Source of the DNA: an uncultured Nitrososphaerales archaeon
Lineage (GTDB): Archaea; Thermoproteota; Nitrososphaeria; Nitrososphaerales; Nitrososphaeraceae
Direction of reading: 5' to 3'
Assembly: GCA_963841565.1 (NCBI GenBank)
Contig: CAWJCY010000012.1
Span: 64,001 to 128,000, forward strand
Length of the DNA: 64,000 bases
A model generated the notes under the pieces. The model made no database searches. It was given only the letters and a program-made list of their open reading frames with translations, and was not told the origin of the DNA. Of this stretch, positions 43,742 through 53,180 are shown in pieces; position 1 is the first letter of the stretch; every line of letters begins with the position of its first letter. The translations under genes and the position numbers were made by a program.

Positions 43742-44069
43742 AAGTTTAATCAGTATTGAAATATTAATGACCTGATTAGTACATGGGAACCATATAGAAA
43801 GATTAGTGAGTCAAAATATGCCAAACCATTGTGATTAGAAAATATGGCTGGTTTGACGTGATGTGCCTCTAATTTGACGTCCTTGTCAAATTACCCTCAG
43901 CACGATATTTTGCATATGTCATTTATCTACCAGATCGATGCAATATTTGCATTATTTTCATATATCAATTGTTTTCTGCATCAAAATACCTTAATGCCAT
44001 TTTAATCAACTTGCAATTACCACAAGACCGAACTGCTTAATCCCGCTGACCTTACCAGAAGGAAATATT

Positions 44070-44290
44070 AGTACTTGGCTCTGCGAAGGTGTATCCTGTG
44101 CACCACTATTTGTCCGTTAGCATCGTAAAATGATGTCATACCTTTTACAAACTCTGCTGCTCAGGTACCGTTATTCAAAACTTCCGCCACTATTGAGAAA
44201 GATTCTTCGATATACATCTTACTTGCAAGTGATAGGTCCGGCTGCGCTTCTATTTTAATTACTTCCAAGGCTAGCAGCAGTAGAATCAGC
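44070..44290 (-). pseudogene. FxLYD-domain protein remnant
   Basis: SIVAEVLNNGT*AAEFVKGMTSFYDANGQIV with in-frame TGA (44161-44163) and a following frameshift; boundaries approximate. Confidence 0.6.
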
Positions 44291-44936
44291 TATAGTTGCC
44301 CTCGGTGCTGTCATTTTAATCCTTGACTTTGCTCATTTCATTCTCATCAAGGATTGTAGCTTTCTGAAACACATAGCAAAGTTAAAGACAGTCTTAGATA
44401 AGGGTACACAAAAATGAAAGCATACAGATTGCAGATCGGACATAATAGGAAGTTACAAATTAGTGAATACTGGGTCAATCTGAAGCTAAGGCAAAATTCA
44501 GCATTAAGAGAGTAACACACGAAGAGGAAGAAGTGTCATTCATTTTTTGTTTTTAAACTATGTAGTAAAATAAATGCTGTTTACTTTTCATTAAGAATCA
44601 GGATTTACTTACCGACTCTACGTAAGTTGAGATATGCCCATTTAATTTATGATCTGGATTATATTATTATTACTTTCTAGTCCTTTCGTACATGTAGGTA
44701 CCATCCAAGTTAACGGTCTTTGATTTAACCTAATTCTTCTTTTGTTAAGCTTAAATCATTCCTTTGCGATATCCACTGATGAAATTTACTTCGCGTCTAT
44801 TTAGTTCCTTCGATACTTGTTCACGCGTAAGAAAAGAAATGGTCTATGCGTCGTTTTGCCTTCCATAGATCTGTTTCCAAATCGAATCGTCTTCCTTGTT
44901 GCTTTGCTGATGATGATTATTTGATAGAATTGGAAT

Positions 44937-45027
44937 AAGTGCCACCCGATGCGTCCGAAGCGTCCGGAAGATGATTTCGGGCATGATTTCTGAGGAAATT
45001 GTCGGACGGCACTTCGGGTGGACATTT
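44937..45027 (+). other. GC-rich predicted three-way-junction secondary structure (ncRNA or ssDNA element)
   Basis: CCACCCGA/TCGGGTGG, CGTCCGA/TCGGACG, inner hairpins GTCCGGAA/TTTCGGGC and GATTTC/GAAATT. Confidence 0.5.
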
Positions 45028-45078
45028 GGGAAAATGGAAAGCTACAAACCCGTAGACTTGTCGGAGTCATCCACCTGA

Positions 45079-45132
45079 GTATATATACGGCGCACATTTG
45101 AGCGGTGTATATATACGGCGCGCACATTTTGA
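45079..45132. repeat. Imperfect direct repeat pair GTATATATACGGCG(CG)CACATTT(T)GA, 28-bp period
   Basis: Copies at 45079-45101 and 45107-45132. Confidence 0.9.
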
Positions 45133-45331
45133 AAGAATTCTCAAATCAATTGCGCAGCTCCCATTATGCAGCTCGATACCCATTGCAAAGAGGAATTGTA
45201 TTAGAACTCATGTTTATTATTTCCTGTCTTATCGAAGGGACAGCGCTTCATTTGTTTAAATACCCCGGAAGTAAGAATCTGGTTCAAGTCATATGTAAGG
45301 CTGTAGTCCTATAAACCGATACACTAATGAG

Positions 45332-45351
45332 GCGGGTTCGGTGGGATTTGG
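45332..45351 (-). repeat. att site: duplicate of tRNA-Lys 3' end
   Basis: GCGGGTTCGGTGGGATTtGG matches 46961-46980 at 19/20 (first 17 identical). Confidence 0.92.
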
Positions 45352-45404
45352 TTGAAAATTCATTCATATCCCAAATTATGAGAAGTCCCCCCAACTGGAC
45401 ATTC

Positions 45405-46300
45405 TTAATCGCTTAGAGTCTTTTTTCCATGAATAATCCTATGACAAGGCTTGCACAACCAGCGTCCATTACTTAAGATAGTTTGCCCACCCTTTGAATG
45501 CTGTATTATATGATCAGCTTGGCCGTCTTCAAATTCCGTAAAGTTTTCGCACCTTGCACAAGTCTCCTTTGCTTTGAGACATATTGCCAATCTTTCCGTA
45601 TCATTAAAGCGACGGTTTGGATCCCTGGGTTTCAAATCAGGAATAGCCTGCAATAGTTCTGATGCCATTATGTCGTATTTATCTTGCAACCGCAAAAATG
45701 CAAATTTATTGAAATATGCATAGCGGACATATGGATCTTTACTTTGTTCGTTAGCCCGTTGCGATAGCTTTGAAACTTTGCTGATGAATCTTATTATGAA
45801 TTCTGCAAGACTATTTTCGAAGCCGTGGATTGAATATGCTGGCAACAGCTGAGAAGCTATAAGATGAAGAACCAGAATGTCAGATTTAGATCTTATAACA
45901 CGTGCCCTAGTACCTAGTATGTTTTTTAATGTTGTGAGCGAATGATTGGTCTTGTCTTTGGCCTGACGTGGGAAGCCGTTCTTGAAGGAATCATAGGTTC
46001 TCTTCAAAGAGGTATACCCAACATCCGTATTGCTAGGATAGACAGAAAGAGTCAACCTTTGAGCAGCGTAGTAACGATAAGAAAACCTTATATTCTTAAG
46101 CCTAGTAGAACCAAAAAATTTATGCTTCGAAATTTCTATTACTGCTTTTCTCATTTTTGACCTTTCTGCATTGAGTTTTTCAGCAGGATTTAACCTCACT
46201 CCTTCTTGCAGCCGCATAAAAATTTCGGTAATAGTATCGTCATCGGCGTATTTACGATTTCGTAGTTGTTGAATTTCCTCTTGATTTTCCTTTCGTAATT
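45405..46300 (-). pseudogene. 5'-truncated DUF262-HNH (GmrSD-like) nuclease
   Basis: EIFMRLQEGVRLNPAEKLNA (DUF262 C-terminal motif); DPNRRF...CARC...ADHIIQHSKGGQTILSNGRWLCKPCH (HNH); N-terminal QR and DGQQR motifs absent. Confidence 0.8.
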
Positions 46301-46907
46301 TGATATACCTCTCTGGTTCCCCATTGTAAACTATTAGTTTGCCTGCGACAAGGTTGTTATCCCTTCGTATAGCCGACCAATCTGATACTGATTTTAACGG
46401 CACCCTCTCTGATACCGCTTGAAAGCAGGACTAGAGTAAGTGCTTTCCCCCGCAAGTCTGCATTGTCATAGATTTCTCGTATCTCTTCCTTTGTAGGTAT
46501 ACGGTCCATTGCGTAACCTCTTGCATTAGGCATAATACGTCTGATTCTGCGCCAGTTAATTGCCGCAATATCATTCATTTCTAGCAGTAATTTGATTACT
46601 TTGACAGGATTCCTAATGGTTCCTCGTGACAATTCACCACATTCAACGCGTTCAACTAAGTGATTGACATAATGAATAAGTAATTTTTCAACGTCTTTTG
46701 GTTTAGTCCTTGCAAACTACACAAAGTTATCTGGATTCATCGATATGTGTTTTAAGAATGTAATTAAATGCCGTTCGTAAGGGTCGCCGTATTAGTATTC
46801 CTAAGTGCTACGGTGAATAACTCAATCGCTTCACTTCCTTCTAGTATTGAACGATCTACTATTGCCTTTTCTTCCTTGTATGTGTAAGAATCTGCTGTGT
46901 CAATCAT
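46301..46907 (-). pseudogene. int: Tyrosine recombinase/integrase, N-terminal part, multiply disrupted
   Basis: DRIPTKEEIREI...LRGKALTLVLLSSGIREGA (box I Arg); AGKLIVYNGEPERY; frameshifts near 46785 and 46395, stop at 46717-46719; HxxR and catalytic Tyr missing. Confidence 0.88.
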
Positions 46908-46961
46908 GCGGTATTCGTATAATCAGACACTTATACTTTTAGGATTCAGACGTTATTCAAG

Positions 46962-47054
46962 CGGGTTCGGTGGGATTCGGACCCACGACATTATAACCCA
47001 ATTTACACTGACTGGTTAAGAGCCAGACGCTCTACCTGGCTGAGCTACGAACCC
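46962..47054 (-). tRNA. tRNA-Lys(CUU) with 19-nt intron at position 42/43 (46993-47011)
   Basis: GGGTTCG TA GCTC AGCCAGGTA GAGC G TCTGG CT CTT AA CCAG[intron]A ATGTC GTGGG TCCGAAT CCCAC CGAACCC G. Confidence 0.95.
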
Positions 47055-47194
47055 ATCAGGTGGAACTTCAAGATATGCAGATATTTAAATCTAATATAGA
47101 AGCATCTAATTCTTCACGTTCGATAAATTAGAAAGTTAGACCGTTGTTCCACCTTTGATTTTCTGCAAAAAAATGAAATAGTCCGAATTGCTAT

Positions 47195-47797
47195 TTACGC
47201 TGGTACATTGGTTGCTATTTGGTTCTGATCTCGTTCCTTTAACAACGTGACTATAGCATCCGAAACTGAACAGTGGAGCCTTTCTTTCTCTTTTAATACG
47301 CGTCTATATGCATCAAGGGTTATATAGACTGGTATAGAACCCGTCCCCTCTAACAACGCCTTTACTCTATACAGACCATTTTCCATACCTCGTTCGGCAG
47401 TTTTCTTTAATTTGACTTTATCCATTAAGCCTCCAAGTGGGCCTAAAGGCATATCATAGTCAACGCGCATACTGATTTTAGTAGCGGTGCTATTGACTTC
47501 CTCAAATTCAACTACTATTTCCCATCTCTTGAAAGGCCCGTCAATCATCTTAGCTACGATTCGACGGTGGGGCACATAATCTATTGTTTCACAATCCCAC
47601 TCTAACTTCTTGCCATCAAAATCCCCGCTTATTCTAAAAATGGTTCCAACTCCAAATCCATTCTTAACCTCCAAAGGGATAATATTCAATCCCATATTTT
47701 CAGGGAATTGATCAGCCATGTGTTCAGGTCTCGCGAAATAGGTAAAAACCTCGCTCAGGGGAGCCTTAATCTCCATTGATTTGCTAATCGTAGTCAT
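47195..47797 (-). CDS. SRPBCC/polyketide-cyclase domain protein with C-terminal RHH-like extension
   Basis: I.APLSEVF.YF..PE, GPFKRW, Y.MPLGPLG.LMD; tail IPVYITLDAYRRVLKEKERLHCSVSDAIVTLL. Confidence 0.85.
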   Translation of the reverse strand: MTTISKSMEIKAPLSEVFTYFARPEHMADQFPENMGLNIIPLEVKNGFGVGTIFRISGDFDGKKLEWDCETIDYVPHRRIVAKMIDGPFKRWEIVVEFEEVNSTATKISMRVDYDMPLGPLGGLMDKVKLKKTAERGMENGLYRVKALLEGTGSIPVYITLDAYRRVLKEKERLHCSVSDAIVTLLKERDQNQIATNVPA

Positions 47798-48254
47798 TTC
47801 CTTATGCTGAAAAAACCCGATCACAGAATTTAAAGGTTTCCTGATATGTGACATCTTGTAGCCCTCGGTAAGTTAAAAATCTACCATCGTTTAGACTGGG
47901 AAAGAATCTTTCATTGTCATCATGGTCAAAGACCTACTCTTATTGAGATTGAATTGAGAAGTGAAAATAGGCAGTATTATGATTATAAACCAGAATTCGA
48001 CAGCACTTGACAGGAATATATCCACAAACATGGTGCAGTTTCATAAACTCAATCGAAATTGTGAATTGGCCTCGTAAGAATGGCTTAACCTTCAATAATG
48101 TCAATCATAAGATGTTCTTTCGGTCATTTATATGACCATATTAGCTATAATATCTTCAAAGGACTAGAAATTAATAATAAGTCTCTTCTTCATATAATGA
48201 CATTTGAATAGGAATTATGAACTATTGATTGGGTATTTTGAACTAAATTAGCGG

Positions 48255-48923
48255 TCAGTCTATCCGGTACTTGACCTTCCTGACTATGTCCTTTGATATC
48301 TGGATAAGGGAACTAAGATCCATCATATCGGTATTTAATGAGAAATCAAAAACTGAGAGATCCTTCCCAAATTCAAATCCGTATAAATCTTCATAAATCC
48401 GTCTATTCTGGTAATCCCTCTCCTTTACGATTTCCGTAGCCTCAGCGAAGCTAATCTTATCCCTAGTTGCCATCCTTCTAGCCCTATTCTTGGCCGAACC
48501 TTGAAGCCATAGCTTGATACATTTATCCTTTACCAACCATGGAAGAGTGTAGCTTGTGATTACTGCATTACCGCCTTTTATGATCTCCTTCAACTTATTA
48601 TCGACTTCTCTATCGGAAGTAGAATCACTCTTTCTTTTCTCCATGAATTGTCGGCCCTCCTTACTGTCCCACCAGTCGGTACCAGATGTTTGGTATCCCA
48701 TGTTAGTAGCTATCTGTTTAAGGATATCACCACCGTTGTAAATCTTCAGTCCAAATTCATCGGCTAGCTCAGCGGCAACAGTAGTTTTACCAACCGCAGG
48801 CCAGCCTGAAACAATTATCGAGAACGTTTGTATCTTATTTTGGTTCCATTCGTACACCGCCCTACTAGCACCGAAATTTTTAACATTGATGGATTCGTTC
48901 ACCTTCTGGTTTAACAGATTCAA
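48255..48923 (-). CDS. cmk: Cytidylate kinase (archaeal)
   Basis: SGWPAVGKTT, DREVD, RA.RMA.RD, IY..LYG; conserved position after DUF106. Confidence 0.9.
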   Translation of the reverse strand: MNLLNQKVNESINVKNFGASRAVYEWNQNKIQTFSIIVSGWPAVGKTTVAAELADEFGLKIYNGGDILKQIATNMGYQTSGTDWWDSKEGRQFMEKRKSDSTSDREVDNKLKEIIKGGNAVITSYTLPWLVKDKCIKLWLQGSAKNRARRMATRDKISFAEATEIVKERDYQNRRIYEDLYGFEFGKDLSVFDFSLNTDMMDLSSLIQISKDIVRKVKYRID

Positions 48924-49537
48924 TTTCCGGTAATGCTAGGCATAGACGTTTTGGTGACCTTGGAAATTATGCCGCTAAATGCAAAAGACGTAATCAAAAA
49001 CCATCCCCATAAGAAAATCTCCCCTGGGATAGAACATGCACCTTTTGGTTGACCGTCAGCGTCGACTTGCTGATCTAACTGAACGTTTTGTTGACTACAC
49101 GTTATCCAGGGAATTTGGATAGGAGAAAGACCAGCAGTAGAACCAAAAATGGCAGGAAACACAAAAATCCAGACCAACAGAGAGGGCATCATATAAATGA
49201 GCATAGGCCTCATCTGCTGCTGTTGCATCTCCATTGTCATCTTGTTTACTGAAGCTTGTTTCTTTTTTAATTCCTCAACTCGAACTTTATCGCGTTTCCT
49301 GATAGCATCTGTATACTGTTTTCGCCATTCGTTGGTTTCTTTCATAACTCTGTTCATCTTGTCGATATCTGTAGTCCGCTTCCTAAGCAGAGCCATAGCA
49401 AAGTTCATCGATATAGCAATTAGTGCGGCTACAATTAGTGCAGATACCATATCTGGGAAAATAGGAGTCTTCGTGTAGTGAGGAGTTAGACCAGGCAACT
49501 GCATAATAAGGGATTCGATAATGCTTTGTGGTATCAT
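48920..49537 (-). CDS. DUF106 / EMC3-TMCO1 (Oxa1 superfamily) membrane protein
   Basis: TM-coiled coil-TM-TM, QMRPMLI, LWGWFLITS; lies between adk and cmk. Confidence 0.88.
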   Translation of the reverse strand: MIPQSIIESLIMQLPGLTPHYTKTPIFPDMVSALIVAALIAISMNFAMALLRKRTTDIDKMNRVMKETNEWRKQYTDAIRKRDKVRVEELKKKQASVNKMTMEMQQQQMRPMLIYMMPSLLVWIFVFPAIFGSTAGLSPIQIPWITCSQQNVQLDQQVDADGQPKGACSIPGEIFLWGWFLITSFAFSGIISKVTKTSMPSITGN

Positions 49538-50142
49538 TTTCCATTATTCCTAGACGACATTACTTCAATCAATTCATTGACGGCATCTTGTAGCCTGTCT
49601 CTATGGTTAAAAATGAGTTTAAATGGGGCGCCGGTCAACACAGAAGACGTTGCTACCATGATGGTTGCTACATCTAAATCATTCTTGATACTGTCAATAG
49701 AAATTAGATCTCTATTTCTTGTCTCGTCTTGCATTCTTCGTGCAAGAATTTCTTCAGGATCTGCTGAAATCAAGACCAAATGCGTAGGAGACAATATATC
49801 CAAAAGATTTCGCGGCATGCCGGGATACCTTCCTTCACTAGTATTGATAAAAAGATGAGTATCGATGATAAGATTGTCAATTCGTACAGCACTGATGCGC
49901 TTAGCTGCCATTTCTTGAAGTTGACGCTGGGTAGTAACTGATAGCTTTCGCATTTCATCCCTGTCTCTAATACCCATTTTTTTTGCCTCGTCCAACATTA
50001 AAGAACCAAACACCATTACCTGAGTATTTGACCCTAATTGGTTCAATCGTTCAGCAGCTTGAGTGATGACCGTCGTTTTTCCTACCCCTGGCACACCAAC
50101 TACAACTACCCGAGCATTGCTAAGTATATTATTTCCTGCCAA
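49534..50142 (-). CDS. adkA: Adenylate kinase (archaeal AdkA)
   Basis: GVPGVGKTT, RDEMRKL, IDTH, PGMP, RR..D.TR.RD; TTG start at 50142 preferred. Confidence 0.93.
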   Translation of the reverse strand: MAGNNILSNARVVVVGVPGVGKTTVITQAAERLNQLGSNTQVMVFGSLMLDEAKKMGIRDRDEMRKLSVTTQRQLQEMAAKRISAVRIDNLIIDTHLFINTSEGRYPGMPRNLLDILSPTHLVLISADPEEILARRMQDETRNRDLISIDSIKNDLDVATIMVATSSVLTGAPFKLIFNHRDRLQDAVNELIEVMSSRNNGK

Positions 50143-51569
50143 GTAAGGCCGCCAATTTTGGCATATGAACATCAACCTGTTCACGCACAAGTAAGTTGTA
50201 GTAATTTACCAGGATATCTACCATCAGCAGGATACCTATTCCTGAGCCAAAAACGTTTAATACGTCTGAAATCGATGCCAGCAGGCCTATAGTTACACCT
50301 CCGATTATAGTTACCGACGGTATATATCGATTTAGCAAAGCTTCCACTGATCCCTCGGAACGTCTAAAACCTGGTACCTGTACGTCTGCGTCCAGCAAGT
50401 TCTTTGCAGCAGCTTTAGGCGACAGACCACCAAGCTCAACCCATAATTTCGCAAAAATTGTTACGATGGTAGTGAGGAATAGGACATATGCTACAGCCCG
50501 TAAAGGATCTTGAGCTGCAGCTTCAAAACTCCTTGGAGGAGTCGTATAATACAACAATCCTCCAGTGGGACTTTGTGGATTCTCAGGATCATATTGCGCC
50601 ACATAGTTGAAAGCGGGGTTAGAATTCTGGGGATTATAATTTGCCCACATCATTTGGCCGATAAACACAGCATTGGCTAAAAGTGCTGACGCCAGTATAA
50701 CCGGAATGTTTGAAGTATACAGCAACTTGATAGGATAAACTGCTTTAAATCCTCTATATTTAGTCGATACGATAGGGATATCAATGTGAATTCCCTGGAC
50801 ATACACAAGCGCAGCCAATACCAGACTAGTGACTATGAGGCCAAAGATACTTGGCAGCTGTCCCGACCTGAAAAATGCTTCCTGGAAATCGCCGTTTATA
50901 GCTGATTCCACCATGAAAGGAACTATACCAACACTTCCTCCATCTGGCGCTGGAATAGGACTGAATACCGCCCACCATATACCCTGAGCTACTCCAGCCA
51001 TTATGAAAAGGCTAATACCCGATCCTAATCCCCATCCCTTTTGCACCAACTCATCTAGCAGCATGACTATCAAACTAGCACCTATCAACTGAGCAATGAC
51101 GATTGCTACAAATTCGGGTTGGGCTACTAACCCTCCATAAACGCTTGCACCATATAGTGTACCTTCCGCAACAATAACTATAATCGTGACAAGTTTGGTC
51201 GCAGAAGTAAACAACGCCCTATCGTCTGGGTTTTTGAAGTTGAGCTTTATCAGCTCGGATCCCTTAAGAAGTTGCATTAACAGACCAGCAGTGACTATTG
51301 GTCCAATGCCCAATTCCAATAACGTTCCCTGCTGAGCAGCGAAGATTACTCTAGCGAAGGCTAGGAAATCAAATGCAGGATCATCTGTGACACCGTAAAG
51401 TGGGACTTGTCCCATAATAAGGTAGATAAGCAGAGCAATACCACACCATACAAATTTCTCAGTAAGAGTTAATTTTTTCTTGGGCTTTTCGACCTGCGGT
51501 ATGTAAGTAGATACGCTGCTTTATGACGCGCCGAAATGGACTTTCACTACTTTGAACTGACTTTTTCAT
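50129..51569 (-). CDS. secY: Preprotein translocase SecY; +1 frameshift at about 51517
   Basis: ELGIGPIVTAGL, YTSNIP, PGFRR; upstream YIPQVEKPKKKLTLTEKFVW is in frame but reaches an ATG only via a frameshift. Confidence 0.95.
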
Positions 51570-51987
51570 TCAGAACTATTTCGCCTCCTGCTAATTCGAT
51601 CTTTTGTTTTGCAGTTGCAGAAATTTTGGCCACTTGTACTACAATGGGTTTCTGAAGCGTTCCTCCTCCCAAGAGCTTGTCATAACCAATCGATCTCAGA
51701 TCTAGTACTAGCTTGCCATGTTCATTAACACTGCCGAACCGCGCTGCCAAATCGTTCACGTCTCTCAGATTAACCCAACGATTTAACCTATTTTGTCGCA
51801 TAGTTTTTGTAGAATCATGTCCAAAATGATCAGGTTCTTCAATGACAGTTCTGATCCAGAAATGTTTGTGTTTTCCTGCACCGCCAGTTCCACCTCGGCT
51901 ACCAGATTGCCTATGTTGTCCTATCTGTCCCCAGCCACAATACCTACTTCCTCTCTGTCTTCGACTCTTTCTCAATCTAGTAGCCAT
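51547..51987 (-). CDS. rpl15: 50S ribosomal protein L15 (uL15)
   Basis: RGSRYCGWG..GQHR.SG.RGG.G.AG, KLLGGG, KIE.AGG. Confidence 0.97.
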   Translation of the reverse strand: MATRLRKSRRQRGSRYCGWGQIGQHRQSGSRGGTGGAGKHKHFWIRTVIEEPDHFGHDSTKTMRQNRLNRWVNLRDVNDLAARFGSVNEHGKLVLDLRSIGYDKLLGGGTLQKPIVVQVAKISATAKQKIELAGGEIVLNEKVSSK

Positions 51988-52075
51988 AATCAGTTACTTC
52001 TCTCCCACGTTCAAACTCAACGTCTTGGTGTTGGAAATGGGTCTAACCTTAAATAAGTCTTGCTCCGTGTCTATC

Positions 52076-52534
52076 TCACATCATTTTCTTGACGAGATCG
52101 ATCAATAATTTGTTCTCTCCAAGGATTCCATTTTGAGTTGTTTGCTTCTTGACAGACTTCTTGAACCCACCGCGAGGTGGATTCAATGCAAACCATGGTT
52201 TTATACCGTTGAGTTTGGAGAATACTACTGCATCACTGGCTATATCAGATGCAAGTTTGTCTAAATTGCTATACTCCTTTGGTAAGTCAGATTCCTTCAA
52301 AGATTGTGACGCTGTCTTTCTACCTTTCTTATCTAAAAGGTCTTTCACTGTCTCATTGTCAACGCGACACCACGTAACAAGTTGCCTTATTCTATTTAGC
52401 ATACCCGAATACTCGGTACTTTCTGGCACAATCGTTGCTCTGAATTTCTTCGCAAGATTAAGACTCTCCAAGGTGGTATTGGCCCAATATGGAACATTAA
52501 CAGTACCACGCATCCTAACAACCAAATAAGCCAT
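52076..52534 (-). CDS. rpl30: 50S ribosomal protein L30 (uL30)
   Basis: VVRMRGTVN, TLE.LNL, PWFALNPPRGGFK. Confidence 0.97.
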   Translation of the reverse strand: MAYLVVRMRGTVNVPYWANTTLESLNLAKKFRATIVPESTEYSGMLNRIRQLVTWCRVDNETVKDLLDKKGRKTASQSLKESDLPKEYSNLDKLASDIASDAVVFSKLNGIKPWFALNPPRGGFKKSVKKQTTQNGILGENKLLIDLVKKMM

Positions 52535-52552
52535 TACTTTAATTGCACCCCC

Positions 52553-53164
52553 CTATCCTTTACTATAAGTGCTCCGCAAAGCGTCAAATATAGCCTTGGT
52601 AGTCGAAGACATTGTACTGGTTGACCCAAATGATTTCGTCCATGCGTCAGTTAGTCCTGCTAACTTTAACAGACTCCGTATATTCTCACCCGCAACCAGC
52701 CCAAGGCCTCTAGGCCCGGGAATAATTTCAATGGTTACACTACCACCTCTGCCTGTCACTTTGAAGGGAACAGAATGTGATTGATTACAACGACACTCCC
52801 AACTTCCACATCCGCGCTTCACCGGAATCACGTTCAAGAAGGCTGTATTAGTGGCTTTATCGATTGCAATTCGCATCTGAGATGCCTTACCCTTTCCTAT
52901 CCCAAACCATCCTGCCTCGTTGCCTACTGCTACAACAGCATTAAATCTAGTCATCTCTCCAGCATCTGTCTGTTTCTGCACAATACCTACGTGCACAACC
53001 TGACTTCGAATGTCTGGAAGCAGACGCTTTATAATTTCTGATTCTTGTATCCTGAGTCCATTTTCGTAGACTTCGTCCATCGAGTTTATCTTTCCACTTG
53101 CCACCAGCAAGCCCAAGGATGTCCTAGGTATCCACTCAGAATGCTGCTGATTTTGTCGACTCAT
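52553..53164 (-). CDS. rps5: 30S ribosomal protein S5 (uS5)
   Basis: WIPRT.LG, VQKQTDAG, RGCGSWEC.C, PGPRGLGLVAG. Confidence 0.98.
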   Translation of the reverse strand: MSRQNQQHSEWIPRTSLGLLVASGKINSMDEVYENGLRIQESEIIKRLLPDIRSQVVHVGIVQKQTDAGEMTRFNAVVAVGNEAGWFGIGKGKASQMRIAIDKATNTAFLNVIPVKRGCGSWECRCNQSHSVPFKVTGRGGSVTIEIIPGPRGLGLVAGENIRSLLKLAGLTDAWTKSFGSTSTMSSTTKAIFDALRSTYSKG

Positions 53165-53180
53165 TTCAATTTACTCCAAC

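Larger units (their letters stand above)
45332..46980 (-). mobile_element. Collapsed tRNA-Lys-integrated element (1.6 kb)
   Basis: Bounded by att direct repeats; contains only an integrase 5' remnant and a nuclease 3' remnant. Confidence 0.88.

Noticed and set aside
44900-45070. Hammerhead ribozyme (CTGATGA at 44907, CTGAGGA at 44990, downstream GAAA)
   Set aside because: No stem II closes directly between CUGANGA and GAAA, and no compatible stem III/UH site was found
45079-45132. Mini CRISPR array
   Set aside because: Only two copies, about 5-nt spacer, no cas genes; the other tandem repeats have no spacers
44801-45314. ORFs 44801..45127 and 45105..45314 as genes
   Set aside because: They run through repeats and hairpins and have no protein-like motifs
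45405-46403. A genuine single 332-aa novel nuclease gene
   Set aside because: N-terminus is integrase-derived and the DUF262 N-terminal motifs are missing; treated as a deletion chimera
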